Origin: Candidatus Nanopelagicales bacterium
GTDB taxonomy: Bacteria > Actinomycetota > Actinomycetes > S36-B12 > UBA5976
DNA length: 64,000 nt
Reading direction: 5' to 3'
NCBI GenBank assembly: GCA_044341215.1
Contig: JBIISC010000002.1
Location: forward strand, 26,427-90,426
Numbering within the stretch: position 1 is the first letter of the stretch; each line of letters begins with the position of its first letter. The notes beneath the pieces were generated by a model. That model saw nothing but the letters and a program-made list of their open reading frames with translations, searched no databases and was not told the DNA's origin. The translations under genes and the position numbers were made by a program. Shown here in pieces: positions 9,783 through 19,788 of this stretch.

Positions 9783-10031
9783 CTAACGGGCCAAGACTGA
9801 GAAAAAAACCAGAACCCCAAATAAGGCTCCAATTGTGAACAAATCAATCCACCTAGAACGCACAGAAAAGAACTCTAAGCGCCCTCTAGGGCCAAGCAAG
9901 CGCCAGAGGAAGACTGCTCCCACAGAGCCAGCGAGAAGCAGGCCACCAGCGCGGTAGAAACCCAAGGACGCGGCGATTAAACCAAGGGCCAAAAGGCCGA
10001 AAGTGATGGTCTGCATAGATTTGAGGCTCAC
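9783..10031 (-). CDS. DUF3017-like small membrane protein
   Basis: 82 aa with 2-3 TM helices. Pattern FYRAGGLLLAG...WRLLGPRG recalled from actinobacterial DUF3017. Confidence 0.65.
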   Translation of the reverse strand: MSLKSMQTITFGLLALGLIAASLGFYRAGGLLLAGSVGAVFLWRLLGPRGRLEFFSVRSRWIDLFTIGALFGVLVFFSVLAR

Positions 10032-10035
10032 GACT

Positions 10036-11001
10036 TCACACTACCTCAGCCGGCACGATTACATGCGCCTTGCGGTTGGCAAGCAGAACTGCGACCAAAG
10101 TGATAGCTAAACCAATCACCAAATTGAATGAAACCTTGGTGCCTTCGGTTGGCGCAAATAAATCGATTAATAGCGAGCCAAGTAATTGACCGGCAACACT
10201 GCCCATTACGAAACGAAGTGCGCCAAGTTTTCTAATTGCCCAAGTTGCTGAGGCAATAAATGCAACACCTATAGATCCACCTAAATAAATCCACAACGGA
10301 CTAGATGGTAGAGGTTGCAAAGTTGCGTGACCAGAAAAAACTTGACCTGCAAAAATCACAATCAATAAACCCATACCAGTGATGAAGTTCATCACTGCGG
10401 CGGAAACTGGATTGCCTGCGGCCACACCAACATGTCCGTTGATTGCATGTTGAAATGAAACAACACAACCAATCAAGAAAGATGCAATTAGAGGCGCAAC
10501 CACAAACTGTGCATCATCAAATCGATCCGAGACTGCAATTACAACTCCCACAACCGCAAACAATGCCGCAAATACTCGCTGTGACGTCACCGCTGATACG
10601 CCACTTGGGCTAACCCCCCATTTATCAACCAAAAGTGATGACGTTGTCTGCCCCGCCACAATTAAAACTGTAAAAATCGCTACCCCAACTAGTGGGACTG
10701 AAACGCTTTGGATGGTTACAAATATTGCACCCATCATCCCGCCAAGAACTTGCCAGGTTTTTAGTTTTTGTTCGCGAACTGCGCTTAAGATCTTGAAGCA
10801 ACCAGTTCGAATACTTCTACTAATCACGGTTAAGAAAATCAATAGCAGCAACCCAGTGCCGAAGGAAACCAGTGCTGCTTGCACACCACTTCCAAGAATT
10901 TGCGCCAGTTCCCCATTCGCGCGAGATTGTGCAACTGTGAATGCACCCACCACAATCGCAATTCCTTGGGCGAAGTAATGGTGTGAAGTTAGGGATTTCA
11001 T
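10036..11001 (-). CDS. DMT-superfamily transporter (duplicated YdcZ/DUF606-type)
   Basis: 321 aa with about 10 TM helices and internal two-fold repeat architecture. Confidence 0.7.
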   Translation of the reverse strand: MKSLTSHHYFAQGIAIVVGAFTVAQSRANGELAQILGSGVQAALVSFGTGLLLLIFLTVISRSIRTGCFKILSAVREQKLKTWQVLGGMMGAIFVTIQSVSVPLVGVAIFTVLIVAGQTTSSLLVDKWGVSPSGVSAVTSQRVFAALFAVVGVVIAVSDRFDDAQFVVAPLIASFLIGCVVSFQHAINGHVGVAAGNPVSAAVMNFITGMGLLIVIFAGQVFSGHATLQPLPSSPLWIYLGGSIGVAFIASATWAIRKLGALRFVMGSVAGQLLGSLLIDLFAPTEGTKVSFNLVIGLAITLVAVLLANRKAHVIVPAEVV

Positions 11002-11007
11002 AAGTGC

Positions 11008-12573
11008 TTAATGGAAGAAGTGTCTTGTGCCAGTGAAGTACATACTTATTCCAGCTGCCTTAGCAACTGAAATAACTTCTTCATCTCGAACACTGCCACC
11101 TGGTTGAACCACTGCTTTAACTCCAGCCTTTACCAAAACCTCAAGACCATCGGCAAATGGGAAGAATGCATCTGATGCAGCAACTGAGCCAACTACTCGT
11201 TGCCCTGCTCGTGTAACGGCCAAGCCAGCAGAATCAACTCGACTCACTTGACCCATTCCAATTCCAACCGCAGCTTCATCTTTTGCAAGCAAGATTGCAT
11301 TGCTCTTAACACTTCGGCACGCAATCCAAGCGAACTGCAAATCTTTCTTGGTCTGATCATCAACAGCATTACCGGTTACTAACTGCCAGTTTTCAAACTT
11401 GTCACCATCAGCTTGCAATTTATCTTGCACCTGCAAAAGCACACCGCCATCGATATTGCGCATTTCGATTCCTTCTCCAATATTTGATGGCGGCACTACC
11501 AATATTCGGATACTTGGTTTTGCAGACAAAATTGCTACTGCCTCATCATCAAACTCTGGAGCCACAATTACTTCAGTGAAAATCTCAGCCACCTGACGAG
11601 CCATTTCAGCTGTCACTTTGCGGTTGGCCGCAATCACGCCACCAAAAGCACTAACTGGATCGGTTTCGTGGGCTTTGCGATGAGCATCAGCCACGTCTTT
11701 TCCGACAGCAATTCCACATGGATTTGAGTGTTTAATTATTGCAACTGCTGGCTCTGAAAAATCGAAAGCTGCCCGACGGGCTGCATCAGCATCAACGTAG
11801 TTGTTGTAAGACATCTGCTTACCATGTAATTGCTTTGCACCAGCAATTGCCACTTCCCCAAATCCAGCTGTGTAAACAGCCGCTTTTTGATGTGGGTTTT
11901 CTCCATAACGCAAAACATCTTCACGGTTGTAAGTAACACCAATCCAATTTGGAAAACCGGTTCCTTCATCAGTTGATGAAACCACACCGCTAATCCATGA
12001 AGCCACATTCACGTCATAAGTGGCAGTGTGCTGAAAAGCTTCAGCGGCCAGACGTTTGCGTTGTTCCAAAGTAAAGCCACCAGCACTAATTGCTGAAATC
12101 ACTTCGCCGTAACGGGCCGGTGAAACCACAACCGACATATTTGCATGGTTCTTAGCGCTAGCCCGCACCATTGCTGGGCCACCAATATCAATCTGTTCCA
12201 CACATTCATCAGCAGATGCGCCACTTGCCACAGTCTCGGTGAACGGATACAAGTTAATTACTGCTAATTGAAAGGGTTCAATTTCCAAATCTTTCAACTG
12301 TTTAACATGCGAATCCAATCGCACATCAGCCAGCAATCCACCATGAATTTTTGGATGCAAAGTTTTTACCCGGCCATCTAAACATTCTGGGAAACCAGTT
12401 AAATCTTGCACTTGGGTGACAGGCATGCCAGCAGCAGCAATTGTTGAAGCAGTCGAGCCAGTCGAAACAATCTCCACACCAGCGTCAGTCAATGCTTTGG
12501 CAAGTACAAGCAGTCCAGTTTTGTCTGATACTGAAATTAGTGCTCGCTTGATTACGCGCTTATCGTCACTCAT
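11008..12573 (-). CDS. purH: bifunctional AICAR formyltransferase / IMP cyclohydrolase
   Basis: N-terminus [12 protein letters not shown] and GRVKTLHP, C-terminal FFH. 521 aa. Confidence 0.97.
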   Translation of the reverse strand: MSDDKRVIKRALISVSDKTGLLVLAKALTDAGVEIVSTGSTASTIAAAGMPVTQVQDLTGFPECLDGRVKTLHPKIHGGLLADVRLDSHVKQLKDLEIEPFQLAVINLYPFTETVASGASADECVEQIDIGGPAMVRASAKNHANMSVVVSPARYGEVISAISAGGFTLEQRKRLAAEAFQHTATYDVNVASWISGVVSSTDEGTGFPNWIGVTYNREDVLRYGENPHQKAAVYTAGFGEVAIAGAKQLHGKQMSYNNYVDADAARRAAFDFSEPAVAIIKHSNPCGIAVGKDVADAHRKAHETDPVSAFGGVIAANRKVTAEMARQVAEIFTEVIVAPEFDDEAVAILSAKPSIRILVVPPSNIGEGIEMRNIDGGVLLQVQDKLQADGDKFENWQLVTGNAVDDQTKKDLQFAWIACRSVKSNAILLAKDEAAVGIGMGQVSRVDSAGLAVTRAGQRVVGSVAASDAFFPFADGLEVLVKAGVKAVVQPGGSVRDEEVISVAKAAGISMYFTGTRHFFH

Positions 12574-13160
12574 CTGTCTGCCTTCTGTCCGAAATACTTC
12601 TTTGCGCCAGCAAAATCTTTTACGACTTCAACTAGCAAATCTCTTTCAACAACTTTGATTCGTTCGTGCAAGCTTGCTTCATCGTCACCAGCAATCACAT
12701 CAACACTTTTTTGAACAATCACCAGACCAGTATCAACACCTGCATCTACAAAATGAACTGTTGATCCAGTTTCGTTCACACCAGCAGCCAATGTGTCCCT
12801 AACTGCATGTGCTCCAGGGAACAAAGGCAACAAAGCCGGATGGGTGTTTATAAGTCTTCCTGCAAAACGGCTCACGCCTTCATCACCAATAATCCGCATG
12901 AAGCCAGCCGAGACAACCAAATCTGGCTGATAGAAATCAATGCAATCTGCAAGTGCTATATCCCACGCACTTCTATCTTCAAAGTCATTCGGTGCAATCA
13001 CCGCAACTTGAACACCGGCAGTTGCGGCATGGCCAATGGCTCCAGCTTCTGCGTTATCGGTAACTAAGGCCACAACTTCGAATGAAGAGTTCTGCGAGTC
13101 AATGAGTGCCTTCAATAACGAGCCTGTTCCGCTCGCTAAAACCACAACCTGAATCGTCAC
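12570..13160 (-). CDS. purN: phosphoribosylglycinamide formyltransferase
   Basis: [20 protein letters not shown] and HFVD..VDTG motifs. 4-nt overlap with purH. Confidence 0.95.
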   Translation of the reverse strand: MTIQVVVLASGTGSLLKALIDSQNSSFEVVALVTDNAEAGAIGHAATAGVQVAVIAPNDFEDRSAWDIALADCIDFYQPDLVVSAGFMRIIGDEGVSRFAGRLINTHPALLPLFPGAHAVRDTLAAGVNETGSTVHFVDAGVDTGLVIVQKSVDVIAGDDEASLHERIKVVERDLLVEVVKDFAGAKKYFGQKADR

Positions 13161-13169
13161 TGGGTGAGT

Positions 13170-14492
13170 TTAATTCTTTGATTTTGAGGGTTTATTTGAG
13201 CGTGGAAATGAGATGAAATTAGGCAATATGAATCCTGCGAGAGTTCCTAGCAGCCCCCAAGCAAACGCCCAAAGTGCGATCTGCCAGAGATTGATGCCGA
13301 CCTCAAGGAAGCGGCCAGCTCCAAATGCGCCAGATGCTTGGGCGCTGAGGATGAAGGCAAAGAATGCTGAAACTAACCCTGAATAGATTGCTATTGAGAT
13401 TGCAGCGATGGTTGGTACTTGCTTATATCCAAATTGCTTTCGACCAAAGGTGGCAGCAACTATGAATGAGCTAAGTGCCGGAATCAGAATTAGAAGACGT
13501 GCGGCCCATGGCAATGAGTATGGGATCACCGTGAACATCGGCAAAGTTGGCAGTGCGCCAACTGCTTGGGTGATGAGTGTGACGGCACTGCCGCCGCCAA
13601 CCACTACACCTGGCCCAATTAATAACGACAAATACCAAATCACGATGTTTGGAATGTAAAGAACGAAAGATAAGACCAGCACGACTGTTGACATGGTGTC
13701 AGTTGCAACTAGCGAAATCACGTCAAACATATCATTAAGTGCAAAAACAAAGATTGAAGTGGCGAAGCCGAATGCAAACAGAATTTGAATCAATAATGAA
13801 CGAACTGAAAAGGCGAATCCATATTGAAAAGCACTTGGAGTGGATTGCCATAAGTTGATTAGAAGTGAATGTGGTGACTGTGGTTTAACTGCAAAGTTTG
13901 TGCGTTCACCTGCGGTTGTGTAATTTCGCTTTTCCGCAGGACCAATCTCCCCAGGAGAGCGCAAGATTCCCCAGAGAGTTCCGACTAATGCCCAAAGTCC
14001 TGAGTGAATCAACACACGACTGGCATTTATCTCTGCGACAGGTGCTGCGAAAGCCATCACAACTAATGCGAGGGATGCATAGCAAACCATCATTGAAAAA
14101 ATCAGAATTAAAACATTCGCTAGATTTGTGATCAAAGTTGAACGAACAGCCCATTGTGTTGATTTCTTAATCAACCAAACTACTAAGAGTGTGATTACAA
14201 GTGGTGGAATCGAGAAAACAAGTCCGCCGGCAGCAACTGGAATGGAATGTGCAAGCAGGACTAAAGCAAAAGATGTGTAAATAGAGTCTGCATAGTTTGT
14301 TATCGAATCAGCAGTTGTAATCCAAACTAGGGATGAGACTGCAACAAGAAAAAAGATTGTGATTACCCAAGCCCACGCAGTTGCGATTAGCGCCGCAAGC
14401 GGAATTGGCCAGGCTAGTTGGGAATCTGGCAATTCCACTACACGCGCTGCATCCTTGAACTTTGCGGCGCTTTGGCGCTTAGGTAGTTTCAC
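13170..14492 (-). CDS. DUF6350/PerM-like polytopic membrane protein
   Basis: 440 aa with many TM helices. It sits between sucD and purN, as does perM (Rv0955) in M. tuberculosis, recalled from memory. Confidence 0.7.
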   Translation of the reverse strand: MKLPKRQSAAKFKDAARVVELPDSQLAWPIPLAALIATAWAWVITIFFLVAVSSLVWITTADSITNYADSIYTSFALVLLAHSIPVAAGGLVFSIPPLVITLLVVWLIKKSTQWAVRSTLITNLANVLILIFSMMVCYASLALVVMAFAAPVAEINASRVLIHSGLWALVGTLWGILRSPGEIGPAEKRNYTTAGERTNFAVKPQSPHSLLINLWQSTPSAFQYGFAFSVRSLLIQILFAFGFATSIFVFALNDMFDVISLVATDTMSTVVLVLSFVLYIPNIVIWYLSLLIGPGVVVGGGSAVTLITQAVGALPTLPMFTVIPYSLPWAARLLILIPALSSFIVAATFGRKQFGYKQVPTIAAISIAIYSGLVSAFFAFILSAQASGAFGAGRFLEVGINLWQIALWAFAWGLLGTLAGFILPNFISFPRSNKPSKSKN

Positions 14493-14502
14493 AAAACTAT
14501 TG

Positions 14503-15378
14503 TTACTTGAGGTTCTGCATCACTTCGCGCATTAGGCGTGCGGTTTCGGATGGAGTTTTTCCAACCTTCACACCGACTGCTTCTAATGCATCTTTTTTGG
14601 CTGCCGCGGTTCCAGAGGAACCAGAGACAATCGCACCAGCGTGGCCCATGGTCTTACCTTCTGGTGCGGTGAAACCTGCAACGTAACCGACGACTGGCTT
14701 AGTGATATTTGCCTTGATGTAAGCCGCAGCCCGCTCTTCAGCGTCACCACCGATTTCACCTATCATCACGATTGCATCGGTTTCAGGATCATCTTGGAAA
14801 GCTTGTAGGCAATCGATGTGGGTGGTGCCAATTACTGGGTCGCCACCAATACCTACGGCTGTTGAAAATCCGATGTCGGAAAGTTCGGCCATCATTTGGT
14901 AGGTCAAGGTGCCAGATTTTGAAACCAATCCGATCCGACCCTTTTTACTGATGTCGCCAGGCACAATTCCGACGCTTGATTCTTCTGGACTAATCAAGCC
15001 AGGACAGTTTGGTCCGATGATTCGAGTCTTACCTTTGTTCTGCGAGTATTGGAAAAAGTACGCAGAGTCGTGGACCGGCACACCTTCGGTGATTACAACA
15101 CAAAGTGGAATTTCGGCATCAACTGCTTCAATGACTGCACCTTTTGTGAATTTTGGTGGTACGAAAACAACTGTGACGTTTGCACCAGTTGCATCCATTG
15201 CTTCTTTTACAGAGTTGAAGACCGGAATGCCATCAACTTCTTGGCCACCTTTTCCAGGTGTTACACCGCCAACAATGTTGGTGCCGTCTCCGAGCATGAG
15301 TTTTGTGTGTTTACCGCCGACCGAGCCGGTCATGCCTTGCACTATTACCCGACTGTCTTTATTTATGAAGATTGTCAT
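14503..15378 (-). CDS. sucD: succinate--CoA ligase subunit alpha
   Basis: VIVQGMTG, the phosphohistidine loop MGHAGA, and SKSGTLTY. Confidence 0.97.
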   Translation of the reverse strand: MTIFINKDSRVIVQGMTGSVGGKHTKLMLGDGTNIVGGVTPGKGGQEVDGIPVFNSVKEAMDATGANVTVVFVPPKFTKGAVIEAVDAEIPLCVVITEGVPVHDSAYFFQYSQNKGKTRIIGPNCPGLISPEESSVGIVPGDISKKGRIGLVSKSGTLTYQMMAELSDIGFSTAVGIGGDPVIGTTHIDCLQAFQDDPETDAIVMIGEIGGDAEERAAAYIKANITKPVVGYVAGFTAPEGKTMGHAGAIVSGSSGTAAAKKDALEAVGVKVGKTPSETARLMREVMQNLK

Positions 15379-16550
15379 TATGCATTCGCCCGCTCTGCAG
15401 CACGATCTGCCGCTTCGTCCATGGTTTCTACCAGCTCAATTACTGAAATTCCACATTCGCGAAGAATTCGGCGGCCTTCAACTGCGTTGTTTCCGTCGAG
15501 TCGGCAAATAATTTGCTTATTCACTTTTTTGCCTTGTTCTTCAAGGATGCCCACAGCTTGGATGATTCCATTTGCAACCTGATCGCAAGCGGTGATTCCG
15601 CCGAAAACGTTCACGAATACTGATTTCACACTTGGGTCATTCAAAATGATGTCAAGGCCATTTGCCATCACAGCTGCGTTTGCTCCGCCACCGATGTCAA
15701 GGAAGTTTGCGGCGGTCACGTTTCCGTGTTTTTCGCCAGCATATGCAACTACGTCGAGGGTGGACATAACTAGGCCAGCGCCGTTTCCGATGATGCCAAC
15801 TTCGCCTTCAAGTTTCACATAATTAAGGTCATTTGCTTTTGCACGCAATTCGATTGGATCAATATTCGCGGTGTCAGCAAATTCTTCATGGTCTGGGTGG
15901 CGATAGCCAGCGTTCTCATCCAATGTCATTTTGCCGTCGAGGGCAACGACTTGCCCGTCAGCTAGTTTTGCAAGTGGATTAACTTCTACCAAAGTTGCGT
16001 CTTCTTTAATTAACGTATCCCATAGGCCAATCAAGATCTTTTCAATTTGCGGAGCGACATCGCTTGGGAATTTGGCCGCAGCGACAATCTCTTTTGCTTT
16101 TGCTGGTGTGCAACCTTCGATTGCATCAACAGCAATTTTTGCAAGCGCCTCTGGTTTGTTGATGGCTACTTCTTCAATTTCCACTCCACCTTCAACACTT
16201 GCCATAGCTAGGTAGGTTCGGTTTGAACGATCTAACAAAAACGATACGTAATACTCTTCTGCAATCGCAGATGCTTCAGTAACTAAAACCTTTTTAACAA
16301 TATGGCCCTTGATTTCGAGACCCAAAATGCCTTTGGCTTTTTCGAGGGCATCGGCATGTCCTTCGGCAACCTTGACGCCACCGGCTTTACCGCGGCCACC
16401 CATTTTCACCTGGGCCTTGATGACCACTTTGCCACCGATGTCGGTTGAGGCCTTTGCAGCAGCTTCAGCAGTGGTGACTACCTGGCCACCAATAACTGGA
16501 ACGCCATGACGACCAAATAGATCTTTGGCTTCGTATTCGTATAAATCCAC
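15378..16550 (-). CDS. sucC: succinate--CoA ligase subunit beta
   Basis: [13 protein letters not shown]-terminus, ATP-grasp domain, GGITACD. GTG start 5 nt after GAGGAG. Confidence 0.97.
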   Translation of the reverse strand: MDLYEYEAKDLFGRHGVPVIGGQVVTTAEAAAKASTDIGGKVVIKAQVKMGGRGKAGGVKVAEGHADALEKAKGILGLEIKGHIVKKVLVTEASAIAEEYYVSFLLDRSNRTYLAMASVEGGVEIEEVAINKPEALAKIAVDAIEGCTPAKAKEIVAAAKFPSDVAPQIEKILIGLWDTLIKEDATLVEVNPLAKLADGQVVALDGKMTLDENAGYRHPDHEEFADTANIDPIELRAKANDLNYVKLEGEVGIIGNGAGLVMSTLDVVAYAGEKHGNVTAANFLDIGGGANAAVMANGLDIILNDPSVKSVFVNVFGGITACDQVANGIIQAVGILEEQGKKVNKQIICRLDGNNAVEGRRILRECGISVIELVETMDEAADRAAERANA

Positions 16551-16555
16551 GAAAT

Positions 16556-16571
16556 CTCCTCGATTGAGGAG
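16556..16571 (-). promoter_or_regulatory. hairpin CUCCUC-AAUC-GAGGAG that sequesters the sucC Shine-Dalgarno
   Basis: Perfect 6-bp inverted repeat read directly. In mRNA sense its 3' arm is the SD, 5 nt before GTG 16550. Confidence 0.4.
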
Positions 16572-16614
16572 TCAAACCTACCCGCAGTGTTTGGGCGCGA
16601 GTCAGCAGACTTGA

Positions 16615-16647
16615 GTTAGAGAAGGGTTAGAGAAAGGGCTAGATGGG
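16615..16647. repeat. tandem ~12-mer GTTAGAGAAGGG / TTAGAGAAAGGG / CTAGATGGG
   Basis: Read directly in the spacer between the transglycosylase stop and the sucC start. Confidence 0.75.
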
Positions 16648-16648
16648 T

Positions 16649-17332
16649 TTAGTACCAAGAGCGGCGCAGGAAGTGCTTCCATGCCTGCTTAGGTGTGCCG
16701 TAGCGAACCTTGATGTATTTGGAACCTAAATGAATCTGGACTTCTGGACTCTTTCGAAATTGCTTGATGCTAAATCCGTTAGCCAAGATTGCTGCTTTAT
16801 GCAGCTGCGGAATGCCCACGTAGTAGTTGCGAGCGCCGAGTGAGCGGAACTTCCAAGCAGATTCTTTGCCCCATAGTTTTGCTAGGTAGCCGAACTGCTT
16901 CTTACTCCAGCCATAGCGCTGTTTAATGTGTTGCTTTGCATACCATTTTGCGTAGGTATCGGTTTTGTGGAAGTTCTTTGATTGCTTCGGAGCCAGGTTT
17001 CGAGCTGCAGTAATCGACTTCTTGGTTAATGATTTGAAAATCTTGAGGTGGTTTGGCCCGCGCATTGTCATCAAAATATCGTTCGGAGTTCCCTTTGGGT
17101 TCTCTTCGCCAGCTTCATCGGTTGGATCAGTTGGATCAGTTGGCTCTTCGCAAGGCTCGCCGGCTGATTCATCGACTGGGGTATTTGGATCTTCCACTGT
17201 CACTGTTGGGCAAACCGCTGGGTCAGGATTTACATCTTCTGCAAATGCTGGCGTCAAAGTTGCTGCCATAAGTCCTATGGATAGAAAGGCGACGAGTGCC
17301 ATCGAAATTGCTCGAACTGGGTTACGGGTCAT
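16649..17332 (-). CDS. secreted lytic-transglycosylase-like protein (aggregation-promoting-factor C-terminal-like domain)
   Basis: Signal peptide ending TPAFA-ED. Acidic PTDPTDPTD linker. C-terminal LWGKESAW...VGIPQ...YIKVRYGTPKQAW...WY matches the W-x-ES-x-W / GIPQ transglycosylase pattern. Confidence 0.75.
   Translation of the reverse strand: MTRNPVRAISMALVAFLSIGLMAATLTPAFAEDVNPDPAVCPTVTVEDPNTPVDESAGEPCEEPTDPTDPTDEAGEENPKGTPNDILMTMRGPNHLKIFKSLTKKSITAARNLAPKQSKNFHKTDTYAKWYAKQHIKQRYGWSKKQFGYLAKLWGKESAWKFRSLGARNYYVGIPQLHKAAILANGFSIKQFRKSPEVQIHLGSKYIKVRYGTPKQAWKHFLRRSWY
17121..17147 (-). repeat. in-frame 9-bp tandem repeat encoding (PTD)x3
   Basis: gttggatca gttggatca gttggctct on the plus strand. 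Confidence 0.8.
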
Positions 17333-17422
17333 GGGGTTACCGTGCCGTCAACCTCCTGTGGAAGGCAACTCTAAACCCCTAGAGTTTTCCACAAATTCAG
17401 GTGTTTAACCCTTAAATTATCC

Positions 17423-17440
17423 GACATTTAGGACATTTAG
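17423..17440. repeat. tandem 9-mer GACATTTAG x2
   Basis: Read directly. Lies between the phoH2 stop and the transglycosylase 5' region. Confidence 0.8.
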
Positions 17441-17452
17441 GCGTGCCGAGGG

Positions 17453-18829
17453 TCACAGAGAAATGTCCTCAAGCATCTCGGTCACAAGCGCCGCAATCGG
17501 CGATCTCTCACTTCTGGTCAACGTCACATGTGCAAAAAGAGGATGCCCTTTTAGCTTCTCGACTACCGCCACTACCCCGTCGTGACGTCCAACTCGCAAG
17601 TTATCGCGTTGGGCCACGTCGTGGGTCAAGACAACCCGGCTGTCTTTACCAATTCTCGACAAGACGGTTAGCAAAACATTGCGTTCTAGAGATTGAGCTT
17701 CGTCCACAATGACAAAAGCGTCGTGCAAACTGCGACCTCGGATGTGGGTTAGAGGTAAAACCTCAAGCATTCCCCGTTCCAAAATCTCATCCACCACATC
17801 GCTTGAGACCACCGCACCCAAAGTGTCATAAACCGCCTGTCCCCAAGGGTTCATTTTCTCGGCTTCGGTGCCAGGTAAGTAGCCAAGTTCCTGACCACCC
17901 ACTGCATAAAGCGGGCGAAAGACAATCACTTTGCGATGGCTTTGCCTTTCCAGCACTGCTTCTAAACCTGCGCAAAGTGCCAAAGCACTTTTACCTGTGC
18001 CAGCCTTTCCGCCAAGTGAAACAATCCCGATGTCTTCATCCAACAAAAGGTCCAGGGCGATTCGCTGTTCGGCACTTCGGCCATGGAGTCCGAAAGCTTC
18101 GCGATCTCCGCGAACAACTCGAATCTCCTTGGAAGGCAAAACTCGAGCCAAAGCGCTTCCACGCGAACTTTGCAAAACCAAGCCAGTGTGGATTGGAAAA
18201 TCTTTTGCGTCATCCAAATAAAACGGAGCACCTTCATATAGCTTTGTGATGACGTCATCGCCAACGTGTAGTTCAGCAGTGCCGGTCCAGCCACTATTTA
18301 CCGCTAACTCTGCGCGATATTCCTGGGCGTCCAAACCTGCACTAGATGCTTTGACCCGCATCGGTAAATCTTTTGTCACAACAACAACATGATTACCTTC
18401 ATTTGCAAGGTTTTTTGCAACCGCCAGTATGCGGGTGTCATTGTCATTTAATCGCAAACCTGCTGGCAAAGCTGTTTCATCAGTGTGATTCAACTCGACG
18501 TGAATTGTGCCGCCAGCATCCCCTACTGGAATTGGTTCATCTAGTCGGCCATGTTTAATTCGAAAATCATCTAATAAACGCAATGCTGAACGGGCAAAGA
18601 AACCAAGTTCAGGATGGCTACGTTTTGATTCAAGTTCTGCCAACACGACAACTGGCAAAACCACAGAATGTTCAGCAAATCGCAACATCGAGTTTGGATC
18701 TGACAACAGAACGGAAGTGTCGAGCACGTAGGTCTTTCGACCAGCCACCGGTTTTTGCTTCGTTTTTGGACTTGTTTTCGCGGATTGCTTTTTAGTCGCA
18801 GGGGAAGTTTTTTTGGTGGTTGGTGGCAC
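17453..18829 (-). CDS. phoH2: PhoH2-type PIN-domain + PhoH ATPase protein
   Basis: N-terminal PIN ([12 protein letters not shown]), C-terminal PhoH with Walker A GKAGTGKS and [11 protein letters not shown] start 4 nt after AGGAGA. Confidence 0.9.
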   Translation of the reverse strand: MPPTTKKTSPATKKQSAKTSPKTKQKPVAGRKTYVLDTSVLLSDPNSMLRFAEHSVVLPVVVLAELESKRSHPELGFFARSALRLLDDFRIKHGRLDEPIPVGDAGGTIHVELNHTDETALPAGLRLNDNDTRILAVAKNLANEGNHVVVVTKDLPMRVKASSAGLDAQEYRAELAVNSGWTGTAELHVGDDVITKLYEGAPFYLDDAKDFPIHTGLVLQSSRGSALARVLPSKEIRVVRGDREAFGLHGRSAEQRIALDLLLDEDIGIVSLGGKAGTGKSALALCAGLEAVLERQSHRKVIVFRPLYAVGGQELGYLPGTEAEKMNPWGQAVYDTLGAVVSSDVVDEILERGMLEVLPLTHIRGRSLHDAFVIVDEAQSLERNVLLTVLSRIGKDSRVVLTHDVAQRDNLRVGRHDGVVAVVEKLKGHPLFAHVTLTRSERSPIAALVTEMLEDISL

Positions 18830-18854
18830 TCATTCTCCTAACACGCGCTCGGGT

Positions 18855-18866
18855 GTGTCTAGACAC
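18855..18866. promoter_or_regulatory. perfect 12-bp palindrome GTGTCTAGACAC upstream of phoH2
   Basis: Read directly. It lies 26-37 nt upstream of the phoH2 start codon. Confidence 0.35.
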
Positions 18867-18922
18867 TATTCCCGCTAGCGCACCTCATAGGTGAGCCACG
18901 CCGAATTGAAATATGAACTGCT

Positions 18923-18978
18923 GTTAAAAAGTAATAGTTAAAAAGTAATAGTTAAAAAGAGATGGTTAAAAGTAGAGG
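18923..18978. repeat. 14-bp tandem repeat GTTAAAAAGTAATA, 2 perfect + 2 decayed units
   Basis: gttaaaaagtaata gttaaaaagtaata gttaaaaagagatg gttaaaagtagagg, read directly. Confidence 0.85.
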
Positions 18979-18991
18979 CTAAAGATTAAAA

Positions 18992-19771
18992 CTAATTGCC
19001 ATAACGGCGTTGGCGAATTCCGTAATCCCGGATTGCCCGCAAGAAATCAATCCGGCGAAAATCTGGCCAATATGCTTCACAAAACCAGAACTCGGAATGT
19101 GCCGATTGCCAAAGTAGGAATCCAGAAAGCCGCTGTTCACCCGAAGTTCTAATCACCAAGTCTGGATCTGGCTGGCCTTTTGTGTAGAGGTGGTTTTCTA
19201 TCGCCTCGGCATCAATCATTGCGGCAATAGCTTCAGGGGTATTGCCCTTTGCACCTTCTTCGCGAATATAAGAACTGACAGCGTCCACCACTTCTTGCCT
19301 ACCGCCATAGCCAACAGCCAAGTTCACTTGCATGGTTTTATTTGAAGAGGTCTGTGCTTCGGCATTTTTCAAAGCCAACTGAATTTTTTCTGGCAAGCCA
19401 TCCAAAGCACCAACTGCCTGAAGTTTCCACCGGCCATCATTTGCAAGATCTTCTGCCGTTTGTTCAATGATGCCAAGTAGTGGAATCAACTCGGATTCTG
19501 AACGTCGCAAATTGTCAGTCGATAAAAGCCACAGCGTTACGACCTCAACATCTTGTTCTTCACACCATTCGAGAAATTGAGAAATCTTGCTCGCCCCAAC
19601 CCGGTGCCCCCGTGATGTTGGCCCGCCTTGATTAGCAGCCCACCGGCGATTGCCGTCGAGGATGACACCAATATGGCGAGGGGTTGGAAACTTGTGCAAC
19701 CTACGGGCAAGGCGTTTCTCGTATACGGCCTCGAGTGGCGCGCGAATTACAGACTTAATTTCGTTGAACAC
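18992..19771 (-). CDS. uppS: cis-prenyltransferase (UppS family isoprenyl transferase, short Rv1086-like form)
   Basis: HIGVILDGNRRWA, the TLWLLSTDN region, and RTSGEQRLSGFLLWQ. 259 aa. GTG start. Confidence 0.9.
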   Translation of the reverse strand: MFNEIKSVIRAPLEAVYEKRLARRLHKFPTPRHIGVILDGNRRWAANQGGPTSRGHRVGASKISQFLEWCEEQDVEVVTLWLLSTDNLRRSESELIPLLGIIEQTAEDLANDGRWKLQAVGALDGLPEKIQLALKNAEAQTSSNKTMQVNLAVGYGGRQEVVDAVSSYIREEGAKGNTPEAIAAMIDAEAIENHLYTKGQPDPDLVIRTSGEQRLSGFLLWQSAHSEFWFCEAYWPDFRRIDFLRAIRDYGIRQRRYGN

Positions 19772-19788
19772 AGTGGCAGACTACCGCG

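Noticed and set aside
17333-17452. A ydaO-type c-di-AMP riboswitch upstream of the cell-wall hydrolase gene.
   Set aside because: The available leader of at most about 90 nt is too short for the pseudo-two-fold ydaO architecture of about 130+ nt. I cannot find its paired conserved ACGGGG/CCCGA-type elements. It is retained only as an unclassified structured leader.
18830-18991. A phoAT-like small antitoxin ORF overlapping the phoH2 start, as reported in mycobacteria.
   Set aside because: Only 9-aa (MRCASGNSV) and 13-aa ([13 protein letters not shown]) fragments without SDs are present. This is not credible as a gene.
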